NCBI GenBank assembly: GCA_947384775.1
Contig: CANDIF010000005.1
Span: 2,036-66,035, forward strand
DNA from: an uncultured Clostridium sp.
GTDB taxonomy: Bacteria; Bacillota; Clostridia; TANB77; CAG-508
Direction: 5' to 3'
DNA: 64,000 nt
A program made the position numbers and the translations under genes. Of the stretch, positions 10,120 to 21,488 are shown in pieces; position 1 is the stretch's first letter, and every line of letters starts with the position of its first letter. The notes beneath the pieces were generated by a model that was not told the origin of the DNA, did no database searches, and saw only the letters and a list, made by a program, of their open reading frames with translations.

Positions 10120-11514
10120 ATGAAAAAAAATGAAATATCTAAAGAAACGATAGAAAAAATCTGCGAAGGGCAAATAGTAAACAAAGGAGATGAAAGCTTT
10201 TTTAGCCAATTTTGTAATGATACAAGAGAAATAAAAAAAGGAGATATATTTATTTCTATAAAACCAGAAAGCGGAACAGACGGAACAAAATATATAATAG
10301 AAGCATTTGAAAAAGGTGCTACAGGATGTCTTACGGAATATGAACTTTCAGAAGAAATTATACAAAAATATAAAGAAAAAACAATAATAAAAGTAAAGGA
10401 CACTATAAAAGCGATACAAAAATTAGCTGAGTATAAAAGAAGTCTATATGATATTCCAGTTATTGGAATTACAGGAAGTGTAGGAAAAACAACAACAAAG
10501 GAAATGATAGGAGTAGTATTATCACAAAAATATAAAACAGCAAAAAATAGAGGAAACTATAATAATCACATAGGAGTACCACTCACAATATTAGAATGGG
10601 AAGATGATATAGAAGTAGCAATAGTAGAAATGGGAATGAATCACTTAGGAGAAATAAGTGAATTAACAAATATTGCAAAACCAACTATAGCAGCCATTAC
10701 AAATGTTGGAACAGCACATATTGGGCTTTTAGGATCAAGAGAAAATATATTAAAAGCAAAATTGGAGATATTAGAAGGGCTTCCAGAAGACGGAACAGTA
10801 GTTATAAATAATGATAATGATTTACTAAGTAAAGCAGAAATAAAATATAAAAAAATAACATATGGAATTGAAAATGAAAGCATGTATAATGCAAAAGAGA
10901 TAGTGATAAAAGAAGAAAGCACAGAATTTGTAACAGAAATAAATAATAAAGAATATAAGATATTTATACCAGCTTCAGGGAAACACTTTGTTTGGAATAG
11001 TATGTGTGCAATAGTAATAGGGAAAATGCTAAATGTAGAAGCACAGAAAATGGTAAAAGCAATGAAAAATTTTGAAAATACTGGAAAAAGAATAGAAATA
11101 AAAGAAATAAACAACATAAAAATGATAAATGATTATTATAACGCAAATTATGATTCAGTAAAAGCAGCATTAGAAGTTTTAAACCAAATAACTGCAAAAA
11201 GAAAAGTTGCAATATTAGGAGACATGAGAGAACTAGGAAAATATGAAGAAGAACTACACAGAAATGTAGGAAAAGAAATAATAAGGAATAAAATAGATGT
11301 ATTAATAACTGTAGGAAATTTAGCAAAATATATAGCAGAAGAAGCAGAAAAATTAGGATTAAAGCAAACATATAAATTTAAGACAAATGAAGAATGTATA
11401 AAAGAATTAGAGAATATAATAAAAAAAGAAGATGCAGTATTAATAAAAGCATCAAAAGCAATGCATTTTGAGGAAATAGCAGAAAGTATAGAGGAGGCAG
11501 GAAATTATGAATAA
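10120..11514 (+). CDS. murF: UDP-N-acetylmuramoyl-tripeptide--D-alanyl-D-alanine ligase
   Basis: 464 aa, Mur ligase P-loop GITGSVGKTTTKEM. Confidence 0.9.
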   Translation: MKKNEISKETIEKICEGQIVNKGDESFFSQFCNDTREIKKGDIFISIKPESGTDGTKYIIEAFEKGATGCLTEYELSEEIIQKYKEKTIIKVKDTIKAIQKLAEYKRSLYDIPVIGITGSVGKTTTKEMIGVVLSQKYKTAKNRGNYNNHIGVPLTILEWEDDIEVAIVEMGMNHLGEISELTNIAKPTIAAITNVGTAHIGLLGSRENILKAKLEILEGLPEDGTVVINNDNDLLSKAEIKYKKITYGIENESMYNAKEIVIKEESTEFVTEINNKEYKIFIPASGKHFVWNSMCAIVIGKMLNVEAQKMVKAMKNFENTGKRIEIKEINNIKMINDYYNANYDSVKAALEVLNQITAKRKVAILGDMRELGKYEEELHRNVGKEIIRNKIDVLITVGNLAKYIAEEAEKLGLKQTYKFKTNEECIKELENIIKKEDAVLIKASKAMHFEEIAESIEEAGNYE

Positions 11515-12553
11515 AAAGAAAATAGGAGTTATTTTTGGTGGAATATCAACAGAGCATGATGTATCTGTAGTATCAGGAACAGACATAATAAGAAATATAG
11601 ATAAAGAAAAATATGAAGTGGTGCCTATTTATATAGATGAAAATGGAGTTTGGTATGAATATAAATTAACAGATAAAATTTTCAAAGTCGGAGATAAAAT
11701 AATAGAAGAAAAACCGATAGAAAATATTTGTGAATATTTAAAAAAAGTAGATGTCGTATTTCCAGTGTTACATGGATTAGGAGGAGAAGACGGCACAATA
11801 CAAGGAATGTTGGAATTACTAAAAATTCCATATGTAGGTTCAAAAGTATTAGGCTCAAGTATTTGTATGGATAAAGTATATGCAAAAATAGTATTTGAAA
11901 AAGCAGGTCTGTTGCAAACAAAATATTTATATATAAGAAAATATAAAGAAAATTACATATATATAAAACAAAACTTTGATGAAGAAAAATGTACAATAGA
12001 TGAAATTGTAGAAATTGCAGATAAAGAAATTAAATACCCAATGTTCATAAAACCATCAAATTCAGGTTCCTCAGTAGGAATAAATAAAGCTACAAACAAG
12101 GGAGAATTAAAAAAAGCAATAGAATACGCATCACAATTTGATAAAAAAATATTAATAGAAGAAGGAATAAATGCAAGAGAAATAGAATGTGCAGTATTAG
12201 GAAATGAAGAATTAACAGCATCAATATTAGGAGAAGTACTAGCAGCAGATACATTTTATAGTTTTGATGCAAAATATATGAATCAAGAATCGAGAACAGA
12301 AATGCCAGCAAAATTGTCAGAAGAACTAACAAAACAGGTACAAGAACTAGCAAAAAAAGCGTATAAAGCAGCAGACTGTAAGGGACTATCAAGAGTAGAC
12401 TTTTTTGTAGATGATAAAGATGAAAAAATATATATAAATGAAATAAATACAATTCCAGGATTTACACAAATAAGTATGTATCCTAAATTATTAGAAAAAA
12501 CAGGAATACCATATAAAGAGGTATTAACTAAATTGATCGAATTAGCAATGTAA
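11507..12553 (+). CDS. ddl: D-alanine--D-alanine ligase
   Basis: 348 aa ATP-grasp; overlaps murF stop; conserved Ddl motifs. Confidence 0.9.
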   Translation: MNKKKIGVIFGGISTEHDVSVVSGTDIIRNIDKEKYEVVPIYIDENGVWYEYKLTDKIFKVGDKIIEEKPIENICEYLKKVDVVFPVLHGLGGEDGTIQGMLELLKIPYVGSKVLGSSICMDKVYAKIVFEKAGLLQTKYLYIRKYKENYIYIKQNFDEEKCTIDEIVEIADKEIKYPMFIKPSNSGSSVGINKATNKGELKKAIEYASQFDKKILIEEGINAREIECAVLGNEELTASILGEVLAADTFYSFDAKYMNQESRTEMPAKLSEELTKQVQELAKKAYKAADCKGLSRVDFFVDDKDEKIYINEINTIPGFTQISMYPKLLEKTGIPYKEVLTKLIELAM

Positions 12554-12564
12554 GAGGTAAAAAA

Positions 12565-13134
12565 ATGAAAATAGAAAAAATAATTAAAATAGTGGAAAAT
12601 AGATTATCAGAAAAAAGATTTAATCATAGTAAATGTGTAATGGAAAGGTGCGAAGAAATAGCAAAACAAGTAAAATACGACGTTGAAATTGCAAAAAAAG
12701 TAGGAATAGCACATGATATAGCTAAAGAGATAGCAAATGAAGAGAAAATAGAATATGCAAGAAAAAATAACATAGAAATAGACGAAATAGAACTAAATAA
12801 CCCAACACTATTACATGCAAAAATCGGAGCAGATATAGCAATGAAAGAATTTGGATTTTCAAAGGAAATGGCAAAAGCAATAAGAGCACATACAACAGGA
12901 ATAGAAAATATGAGTATTTTAGACAAAATACTCTTTATTGCAGATAGGACAAGCAGAGAAAGGGGATTTTCAGATATAGAGTACTTAAATGGATTACTAG
13001 AAAAAAACATAGACGAAGCGGTACTATACATTTTTGATAAAAAGATAACATTACAAATAGAAAAAAAAGCACAAATGCACCCAGATACAATTATTGCAAG
13101 AAACTGGTTATTAAAAAATATGGAGGTAATATGA
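12565..13134 (+). CDS. HD-domain phosphohydrolase YqeK-like
   Basis: H...HD motif (GIAHDIAKE) in 189 aa. Confidence 0.65.
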   Translation: MKIEKIIKIVENRLSEKRFNHSKCVMERCEEIAKQVKYDVEIAKKVGIAHDIAKEIANEEKIEYARKNNIEIDEIELNNPTLLHAKIGADIAMKEFGFSKEMAKAIRAHTTGIENMSILDKILFIADRTSRERGFSDIEYLNGLLEKNIDEAVLYIFDKKITLQIEKKAQMHPDTIIARNWLLKNMEVI

Positions 13135-14198
13135 GATTTATACATATAGCGGACATGCATTTTGATGCACCTTTTGCAAATTTAAGTAAGCAAGAAGGTG
13201 TAGGAGATAAAAGACGATTAGAACAAAGAGAAATTTTTTCTAAAATAATTGAATATATAAAAAGTGAAGAAATTCCATATTTATTTATTTCTGGAGATTT
13301 ATATGAACATCAATATGTAAGAAAAACAACGATAGAGTATATAAACAATTTATTTAAGAGAATACCAGAGACCAAAATATTTATTAGCCCAGGAAATCAT
13401 GATCCAAACTTAAAAAATTCATACTATAATGAATTTGAATGGAGCGAAAATGTATATATATTTAACTCAGAAATACAAAAATATGAATTTGAAGAAGTAG
13501 ATATATATGGATTTGGATTTGAAGACTTTTATTGTATGGAATCCAAAATAGAAGAAATAGAAATTGAAAATAAAGATAAACTAAATATTCTTATAACACA
13601 TGGATCACTTAATGCTAGCCAAACATTAGAATTACAATATAACCCAATTAGCGAAAGCAAAATTAAAAAAATAGGATTTGACTATATTGCATTAGGTCAC
13701 ATACATAAAAAAATAATAGAAGAAAATATTGTATATCCAGGATCTCCACTATCATTTGGATTTGATGAATTAGGAGAACATGGAATGTTAGATGTAGAAC
13801 TATTAAAAAATAAATTAAAAATAAATTTTATAAAATTAGATGAAAAAGAATATATAGAAAAAGAATTAGACATATCAGAAATATATTCAGAAGAAGAATT
13901 AATAGAAAAGATAAATAATGTAAAAATAGAAGAAAATAAATTATATAAAATAATTTTAGTCGGAGATAAAAATATAGAAATAAATAAAAATAAAATAATA
14001 AAAATAATAAATCAAAAAAATATATTAAAAATAAAAGATAAAACTAAAATGGCATTTGATATAGAGAGAATAAAAAAAGAAAATAATATCAAAAGCTATT
14101 ATTTAGAAGAAATAGAGAAAATAAAAGAAGAAAAAAAATATACAGAAGAAGAGATAAAACAAGCAATAGAAATAGGATTACAAATATTGCAAAATTAA
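13131..14198 (+). CDS. SbcD/Mre11-family DNA repair exonuclease (YhaO-like)
   Basis: calcineurin-like phosphoesterase motifs IHIADMHFD, GNHD, ITHG; overlaps upstream gene by 4 nt. Confidence 0.75.
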   Translation: MRFIHIADMHFDAPFANLSKQEGVGDKRRLEQREIFSKIIEYIKSEEIPYLFISGDLYEHQYVRKTTIEYINNLFKRIPETKIFISPGNHDPNLKNSYYNEFEWSENVYIFNSEIQKYEFEEVDIYGFGFEDFYCMESKIEEIEIENKDKLNILITHGSLNASQTLELQYNPISESKIKKIGFDYIALGHIHKKIIEENIVYPGSPLSFGFDELGEHGMLDVELLKNKLKINFIKLDEKEYIEKELDISEIYSEEELIEKINNVKIEENKLYKIILVGDKNIEINKNKIIKIINQKNILKIKDKTKMAFDIERIKKENNIKSYYLEEIEKIKEEKKYTEEEIKQAIEIGLQILQN

Positions 14199-14213
14199 AA
14201 CAGGAGTGATATT

Positions 14214-16079
14214 TTGAAAATTAATTATTTAAAAATAAATGGATTTGGAAAAATAGAAGACAAGGAAATTGAAATGTCAGATAAAATCAATTTGATTTAT
14301 GGTAATAATGAAGCTGGAAAAAGCACTTTATTAAAATTTATTTCAGGCATGTTTTATGGAGTATCAAAGAACAAAAATAAAAAGGAAATTTCGGATTATG
14401 AGCAATATAATCCTTGGGAAGCAAAAGATTTTTCAGGCAAAATGATTTACCAATTAGATAATGATGATAAATACGAGGTATATAGAGATTTTAATAAAAA
14501 AAATCCACAAATATATAATGAAAATGGAGAGGAAATATCGAAATTATTTAATATAAATAAAACAAAAGGAAATGAATTTTTTTATGAACAAACTGGAATA
14601 GATGAAGAAATGTTTTTTTCAACTACAACGATAACGCAAAATCAAGTGGTATTAGATAGTGGAAAGCAACAGATATTAACACAAAAAATAGCTAATATTT
14701 TATCGACAGGAGAAGAAAGTACCTCTTATAAAAAATCTATGGAAAAGCTAAATAAAAAATTAATAGAAGAAGTAGGAACAGATAGAACAACAGGAAGACC
14801 AATGAATTTAGTCGATGCACAAATAGAAGAAATAAAAAAAGAAAAAGAGAATTTAAGTATAGATGAGAATAGAAAAGAAAATTTAGAAAATGAAATAAAT
14901 GCAATAGAAAAAGAAATAATTATAGAAAATGAAAAAATAGAATTAGTAAAAGAAATAAAAAAGCAAAAAGAAAAAAATATAATAGAAGAAGAAAAAATAA
15001 AAATAAATGAAAATATAATAGAAGAAGAAAATAAAAAAATAAATAATCTAAAAAATGAAATAAAAGAAGATATAGAAAATAGAAAAGAAAAAAAATATTT
15101 ATTTTACATATTCTTAATATTAACAATAATAAATATAGCATTATTGATTTTAATAAAAAATAAAATATTATTAATAACTCTAGTAGGTTTGACAATTGCT
15201 AATATGACGGCATTTGCAATAAAACATTCAAATAAAAAGCATAATAAAAAAATACAAGAAAGGGATAAAAATAAAAAGACGAATGAAATAGAAATAATAG
15301 AAAAAAATATAAGTAATTTGAATCAAAAAATAGAGACATTAAGACAAGAAAATAAACAAAGTAAAAATATGGAAGAAAATTTAATAAAAAATAAATATAA
15401 TAAAAACATAGAAGAAAAGGAAATTAATTATTTATTAAATTTAAATTTAGAAATGCTAAATTATGAGTTAGAAAATTTAGAAAAAAATATATCTATGCAA
15501 AACATAAAATTACATACAGATAAAATTGAATATCAAAATGTAAAGAAAAGTGAGGAGAAAAAAGTAATTCTCGAAGAACAATTACAAAAATATATTCAAG
15601 AAAAAGAGGAATTACAAAGTTTAAGTAATTCAATAGAACTAGTAAAAAACGCATTAGAAAGAGCATATAGCAAAATGAAAAATGAGATAACTCCAAAATT
15701 TACACAGAATTTATCACTATTAGTAAAAAAGATATCAAAAGGAAAATACCAAAATGTAAAATTTATAGATGGAGAAGGTATAATTGTAGAATTAGAAAAT
15801 GGTGAATATGTAAACGCAAACAAATTAAGTATAGGAACAATAGATCAATTATACTTATCATTAAGACTTTCTGCGATACAAGAAATAACAAAAGAAAATA
15901 TGCCAATAATATTAGATGAAACTTTTGCATATTATGATACAGAACGATTGACAAATGTACTAAAATATTTAGAAAAAATAAGTAGAGATAATCAAATAAT
16001 AATATTTACTTGCACAGATAGAGAAAAAAATATATTAGAAAAAAGCAATATACCATATTTATCAATAAATTTAGAATAG
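14214..16079 (+). CDS. SbcC/Rad50-like AAA ATPase (YhaN-like) with internal TM segment
   Basis: N-terminal Walker A GNNEAGKST, long coiled-coil Lys/Glu region, two hydrophobic helices, C-terminal Walker B/D-loop ILDETFAYYD. Confidence 0.7.
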   Translation: MKINYLKINGFGKIEDKEIEMSDKINLIYGNNEAGKSTLLKFISGMFYGVSKNKNKKEISDYEQYNPWEAKDFSGKMIYQLDNDDKYEVYRDFNKKNPQIYNENGEEISKLFNINKTKGNEFFYEQTGIDEEMFFSTTTITQNQVVLDSGKQQILTQKIANILSTGEESTSYKKSMEKLNKKLIEEVGTDRTTGRPMNLVDAQIEEIKKEKENLSIDENRKENLENEINAIEKEIIIENEKIELVKEIKKQKEKNIIEEEKIKINENIIEEENKKINNLKNEIKEDIENRKEKKYLFYIFLILTIINIALLILIKNKILLITLVGLTIANMTAFAIKHSNKKHNKKIQERDKNKKTNEIEIIEKNISNLNQKIETLRQENKQSKNMEENLIKNKYNKNIEEKEINYLLNLNLEMLNYELENLEKNISMQNIKLHTDKIEYQNVKKSEEKKVILEEQLQKYIQEKEELQSLSNSIELVKNALERAYSKMKNEITPKFTQNLSLLVKKISKGKYQNVKFIDGEGIIVELENGEYVNANKLSIGTIDQLYLSLRLSAIQEITKENMPIILDETFAYYDTERLTNVLKYLEKISRDNQIIIFTCTDREKNILEKSNIPYLSINLE

Positions 16080-16165
16080 AATTATTGACGGATAGAATTA
16101 AAAAATATATAATGTTTTAAAATAAATGTATCAATATAAGATATATATGTGGGGGGGATATAATA

Positions 16166-17806
16166 ATGGAGAAAGAAGAGAAAAATAACGCAAAAGAAGA
16201 AGATTTAAAAGAAAAGGAAGAACAAACAACAAATGAAGAACAAAAAGAAGAAGTCGAGAAAGCAGTAATAAGTGAAGAAAAAAAAGAAGAAAAAGGGCAA
16301 GTAGCAACAAAAGAAGAAGTGAAAGAACAAATAGAAACAAAAAAAGATGACCAGCCTAAAGAGCAAGAATTTAAAAAAGCAGAAGTAAAAACAAAGAAAA
16401 AACATATCAAACTTATAATATCAATAGCAGTAATAGCAGTAGCAATAATTGCTGCACTTGGTTGGTGGTTCTTTTTTAGAACAAAGACAATTGATTTAGC
16501 AGATTGTTTAACTGTAAAATATGAAGGTTATAGCGGACATGCAAAAGCAATTGTAACACTTGATGAAAAAGCAGTAAAAAGTAAAATATCAGACAGAGAC
16601 GTTGCAAAAAGACTTATAAAAAAAGCAGAAATTGAATTAAAGAATAATGAGAATTTATCTAATGGAGACGAACTATCTGTAAAGGTAAAAATATCTTCTA
16701 GCTTCCTAGAAGAAAACAAGTTAAAATTAAAAGATACTACTATAAAAGTAAAAGTAGAAGGAGTAGAAGAAGCTGCATCTATAGATATGTCAAAATATAT
16801 AAATCTTGAATATACAGGCCCTAATAAACATGCTACAGCAAAAGCAACAATAAATAAAGAAAAATTAGAAGAAGACTTTGGAGAAGAAACAGCTTTAAAA
16901 CTTATAGGAAGAGTAAACTTAAATATTGTAAAAAATGAAAATTTAACAAATGGAAATGAAGTTGAAATAAGAGTAGATGTTAATAAATACTATCTTGAAG
17001 AAATGGGAATAAATATAACTTCAGACGTAGCAAAAGTAAAAGTAGATGGACTTAAAGATGCAACAGAAATAGATGCATTTAAAGATATTGCAATTGATGT
17101 TACAGGAATGTCACCAAATATAAATATTTCAATATCAAATAAAAGTGAAGACGAATGCTTAAAAACAGTACAATATAAAGCAAGTAAAACATCAGGAATT
17201 GCAAATGGAGAAACTATTACAATAACAGCATATTCTTGGGATGAAAAATTATTTGATGAAAAAGGAGTTGCATTAAAAGCAACAACAATGGAGTACACTG
17301 CAAATGGTCAAGCAGCATACATATTCAGTCTTTCAGAAATTAATGATGCAGTAAAAACTGAATTAAAATCTATATTTGTGAGCAAAGTAAACTCAAAAGC
17401 GAATGAAAATTATTCAAGTTATTCAGATAATCTAAAATGGTATGTAAAACGAAATACAGATTATCAATATTTGGATGTAGATGATGTTGATAGAGATATA
17501 AGTGTTGGAGCACCAGAAGTTATGTCAATGTATTTACTAACAAAGAAACCTGATACAAGAAGTAACACAATAAACACAATTATAGGAATAGTAAAAGTTC
17601 CTTGTACATCAACTAAAAATGGAGTTACATATAATTGGTATGTTACAGTAAAAGCAGAAAATGCATCATTAAAAACAGATGGGGGAATAAGCGAGAATAC
17701 GGAATATACAATAACAGTACAAGCAGGAAAAGACGAAGAAAGTGCATATCAAGAATTTGTGAATTCTAAGAAAGATAGTTATAATGTAGAAAAAATATCG
17801 CTATAA
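16166..17806 (+). CDS. hypothetical membrane-anchored protein with Lys/Glu-rich N-terminus and internally repeated extracellular domains
   Basis: 546 aa; charged N-tail, single TM (IISIAVIAVAIIAALGWWFFF), repeated KV(K/E)VEG(V/L)(E/K) blocks. Confidence 0.4.
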   Translation: MEKEEKNNAKEEDLKEKEEQTTNEEQKEEVEKAVISEEKKEEKGQVATKEEVKEQIETKKDDQPKEQEFKKAEVKTKKKHIKLIISIAVIAVAIIAALGWWFFFRTKTIDLADCLTVKYEGYSGHAKAIVTLDEKAVKSKISDRDVAKRLIKKAEIELKNNENLSNGDELSVKVKISSSFLEENKLKLKDTTIKVKVEGVEEAASIDMSKYINLEYTGPNKHATAKATINKEKLEEDFGEETALKLIGRVNLNIVKNENLTNGNEVEIRVDVNKYYLEEMGINITSDVAKVKVDGLKDATEIDAFKDIAIDVTGMSPNINISISNKSEDECLKTVQYKASKTSGIANGETITITAYSWDEKLFDEKGVALKATTMEYTANGQAAYIFSLSEINDAVKTELKSIFVSKVNSKANENYSSYSDNLKWYVKRNTDYQYLDVDDVDRDISVGAPEVMSMYLLTKKPDTRSNTINTIIGIVKVPCTSTKNGVTYNWYVTVKAENASLKTDGGISENTEYTITVQAGKDEESAYQEFVNSKKDSYNVEKISL

Positions 17807-17952
17807 ATAGACAACAAAGAGACTTCAAAAAGGAGTCTCTTTAAATTTACATAATTGAATGTAAAAGCATTGACAAATATTGCCTAAATATTGTATAATA
17901 TAGTTGTATTATATGTATAAAAATATAATAAAGAAAAAAGGAGTGCTAAAAA

Positions 17953-18519
17953 ATGGAAAATATTGAGGGTAAACATTTTAGCATAACAGATTCACAAAAT
18001 GTAAGAACAGTAATATATGAAATAAATAAAACAGAAAAAGAAATGGCAAAAAACGCACCAAAATTCACAATTCAAAGATTAGACTATACAGAAGAATTTG
18101 TAGGTGAAAAAACTAAAAAAACGTTTTATGTGGACGAGCCTAGACCAGAAGGAAATAGATTAGCCATATTTTCTTTTGGAAAAGAAAAAGTAATTATAAA
18201 CAATGGAATTTTAGCAGGAAATAGAGTGTTAATAGAAAAAACACCATTACCTTTTGTGTTTAAAAAATACTATGAAGACACAGATATAGAGGTAAAGGAT
18301 TTTACATACACACCAAATCTAAAAAGGCCAATTACAATTATAGATTTGGACACAGCAGAAGAAGTAAAACCAGTTTTATACTTTGATGAAAAAACTAATG
18401 AAGTAAAGGGAAAATGTACCTTAAAAGCACATAAGAATTACTTTGCATTTGAGATAAGACAAGGTCAAGAAAATGATGATTATATTTTAGTTGGCGGTAG
18501 CCCGGTTTTTGATAATTAA
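17953..18519 (+). CDS. hypothetical protein
   Basis: 188-aa ORF with RBS; no family recognised. Confidence 0.35.
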   Translation: MENIEGKHFSITDSQNVRTVIYEINKTEKEMAKNAPKFTIQRLDYTEEFVGEKTKKTFYVDEPRPEGNRLAIFSFGKEKVIINNGILAGNRVLIEKTPLPFVFKKYYEDTDIEVKDFTYTPNLKRPITIIDLDTAEEVKPVLYFDEKTNEVKGKCTLKAHKNYFAFEIRQGQENDDYILVGGSPVFDN

Positions 18520-18532
18520 GGAGGTAAATACA

Positions 18533-18667
18533 ATGAAATTTGACCCAATAACAAGAATGAAAAAAATTTCTTCATTAGACGAAATTTTAAAAAGCGGTAA
18601 TTATTTAGAAATACCTGCTGAAAATGGTAGAAATCCAAGAAAACAACAAGACGAATTAGAAAAATAA
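18533..18667 (+). CDS. hypothetical small protein (44 aa)
   Basis: GGAGG RBS 8 nt upstream of ATG; below ORF-track size cutoff. Confidence 0.25.
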   Translation: MKFDPITRMKKISSLDEILKSGNYLEIPAENGRNPRKQQDELEK

Positions 18668-18679
18668 TACAAAAGATAG

Positions 18680-20633
18680 GTGAAAAATATGGGAAATAAA
18701 ATAAGCTATGCATTAAGCAAATGTAAAATAATTTTCATTATTGTATTAGTACTATGGTTGTTAATATCCATAGTATTAATTATGCCTGCGAGTATTGCAC
18801 TAGTAGATTCTAAATCAAATGGACCATTAGATACAGATTTATTTGCAGAAAGCATCGGAGAAAATTTCGGAAAATTTTCAAGTATAGGAAAAGCATTATC
18901 AAATGAATACAGAGGAACCTTTATGAAAGGCGAAATGATTTTGATTTTAGGATTATTTGCTGCTGGAGCAATAGGCATAATAAAAACATTACCTAAAAAT
19001 GAGTATTCAGATATAGAACATGGTTCTAGTGATTGGGCAACAGGAGAAAAATACTCAATATTAAATAAAAATAAAGGAATTATATTAGCGGAAAAACATT
19101 ACTTACCAGTAGATAAAAGAGGAAACGTAAACGTATTAGTAGTTGGACGGTTCAGGTTCTGGTAAATCTGCATCATATGTTATTCCAAATGCATATCAAT
19201 TGTTAGGTTCATATGTATTCACAGATCCAAAGGGAGAATTATATGATAAAACAGCAGGATATTTAAAAGAACACGGATATGAAATAAAAATTTTAAATTT
19301 AGTAAACCCAAAAAATAGTGATGGATATAATCCATTAATGCATATTGAAAGTGAAATAGATGTAGACGTTATTGCAAATACAATAGTAAAAGGGCAAAAA
19401 GTAGAAGGATCAAACTCAGATCCATATTGGGATGACATGGCAGAAATGCTATTAAAAGCCCTAATATATTATTTACTAGCAACAAGACCAGAAGAAGAAC
19501 AAAACCTAGCAAGTTGTGCAGAATTAGTAAGAGCTGCAAATAGTAACGGAGGAGGAAATTTACTTACACAATTAATAAACCAATTACCATATGATCACCC
19601 TGCAAGAATGTTTTATAAATCAATAGAAATAGCACCAGAGAAGACATATGGTTCAATATTGAGTACATTACAATCAAAACTAGGTAAATTCGATTCAAAA
19701 GAAATAGCAGAATTAACATCAACAAACACTATAAACTTTGAAGATATAGGAAAAAAGAAAACAGCAGTATATGTTATATCATCAGATACACATACAGCAT
19801 ATGACTTCTTACTAACAATATTCTTCTCACAGATGATACAAAGATTATATGATTTTGCAGATAGAGAAGGTGGAGAATTACCACAACCTACATACTTCAT
19901 ACTAGATGAGTTCGCAAATATAGGAAAAATACCAGACTTTGATAAAAAAATATCAACATCAAGAAGTAGAAAAATATCATTTAGTGTTATATTACAAAAC
20001 TTAGACCAATTAGAGGCAGTATATGATAAATCACATGAAACAATTATAGGAAACTGTGATACGACACTATTCTTAGGAAGTAACTCACAAAAAACGGTTG
20101 AATATTTTTCTAAAGAATTAGGAGAAAAAACAATATCAAGAGAAAGTTGGTCAGTAAATAAAGATAAAAATATGTGGAGACAAGGATATAACAAATCAGA
20201 TCAAATAATGGCAAGAGCACTGATGACACCAGACGAACTTAGAAGATTAGATAATGATATGTGTATCATACTAGAAAAAGGGATAAAGCCAATAAAAGCA
20301 CCAAAATATTATTATTTTAAATATCCAACAGCAAAATTAGTAGAAAGATATAAAAGTAGTCACAACTCAATACCACCAATAGATAGAGGAAAATGGAGAA
20401 AATACAATCCATACAACCCATATGTAGAAGAAAAAGCAGAAGATAAAAAAAGCGAAACAAAAATAGAAAGCTTAGATGACTTATTTGAAGAAACACCAGC
20501 AAAAGAAGCTCCAAAACCAAATAATGTTGTAGAACAAGTAACTTCAAAGCCAGAAGAAGAACACGATTTACAAAAAGAATTAGAAGCAAAATTTGATGAA
20601 TTATTTGGAGCATTTGATGATACAACCAATTAA
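18680..20633 (+). CDS. VirD4/TraG-family type IV coupling protein (T4CP) ATPase; interrupted by in-frame CGG at 19148-19150, frame continues +1
   Basis: N-terminal 2 TM helices; across the CGG site Walker A reads VLVVG-G-SGSGKSASYVIPN; Walker B YFILDEFANIG. Two ORF-track pieces 18680..19165 and 19143..20633. Confidence 0.55.
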
Positions 20634-20651
20634 AATAAGGAGACAAAAACA

Positions 20652-21230
20652 ATGAATATAGGAATAGATATAGACGACACACTGAACAATTTATCAGATA
20701 TACTGTTAGAATACGGAAAAAGATATAACGAAGAAAACTCAATAAAACATGAAATACAAAAAGAAAAATATGATTTTGAAGAAGCATTTGGATGGAATAA
20801 AGAACAAGAAAACAAATTTAAAGAACAGTACATAGGAATATGTTTAGCACAAGCAACAGTAAAAACCGGAGCAAGAGAATATGTAAAAAAACTGAAAGAA
20901 GAAGGACATAAAATATTTATAATAACAGCAAGAACGCCAGAAGAAACAGTAAAAAACGTACAAGAAATATCAGCAGAATGGCTAAAAAGAAATGGAATAA
21001 TGCTAGACAAACTAGAAGTAGGATGTGAACAAAAAGTAGAAAAATGCAGAGAGCATAACATAGATGTATTTATAGATGATAATACAGACCATTGTAAATC
21101 TATACACGAAAGTCTAGGAATACCTGTAATAATGTTTGATAGTATTTATAATCAAGGAGCAAAGGAATTTGATAGGGTTTATAACTGGGAAGAAGCATAC
21201 AAACTAATAAAGAAATATGAAAACAAATAG
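20652..21230 (+). CDS. HAD-superfamily 5'(3')-deoxyribonucleotidase-like protein
   Basis: N-terminal DxD motif IGIDIDDTL, 192 aa. Confidence 0.55.
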   Translation: MNIGIDIDDTLNNLSDILLEYGKRYNEENSIKHEIQKEKYDFEEAFGWNKEQENKFKEQYIGICLAQATVKTGAREYVKKLKEEGHKIFIITARTPEETVKNVQEISAEWLKRNGIMLDKLEVGCEQKVEKCREHNIDVFIDDNTDHCKSIHESLGIPVIMFDSIYNQGAKEFDRVYNWEEAYKLIKKYENK

Positions 21231-21264
21231 CAAGAGCTACACCAATTTTGGTGTAGCTTTTAAA

Positions 21265-21392
21265 GTCCGCCAAATCTCGTCGGAGATTTTATATTTCTTT
21301 TTTATTGAACCCACGTTTGATACGCCTGCGATGTTTTTAGGGGGTATTCAAATAAAAGAAATATAAAACTCCTGCGTTTGGCTATTTTCTGC
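21265..21392 (+). repeat. ~125-nt dispersed repeat (copy 1); inverted copy at 55890..56012
   Basis: ~80% identity to reverse complement of 55890..56012; contains perfect hairpin AAATCTC-GTCG-GAGATTT. Confidence 0.6.
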
Positions 21393-21407
21393 TAATAGTA
21401 CAAAATA

Positions 21408-21488
21408 GCTCCACGTGGAAGTTAACTTTTTAAAAACCGAATTTAAGAGGATTTTTAAAAAGTTTAACTTCCAGCAAGATGGAGCGGA
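21408..21488 (+). repeat. hairpin repeat family copy 1 (GCTCCACGTGGA...TCCAGCAAGATGGAGCGGA)
   Basis: conserved imperfectly complementary ends, covarying inner stem AAGTTAAC/GTTAACTT, A/T-rich loop. Confidence 0.6.
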
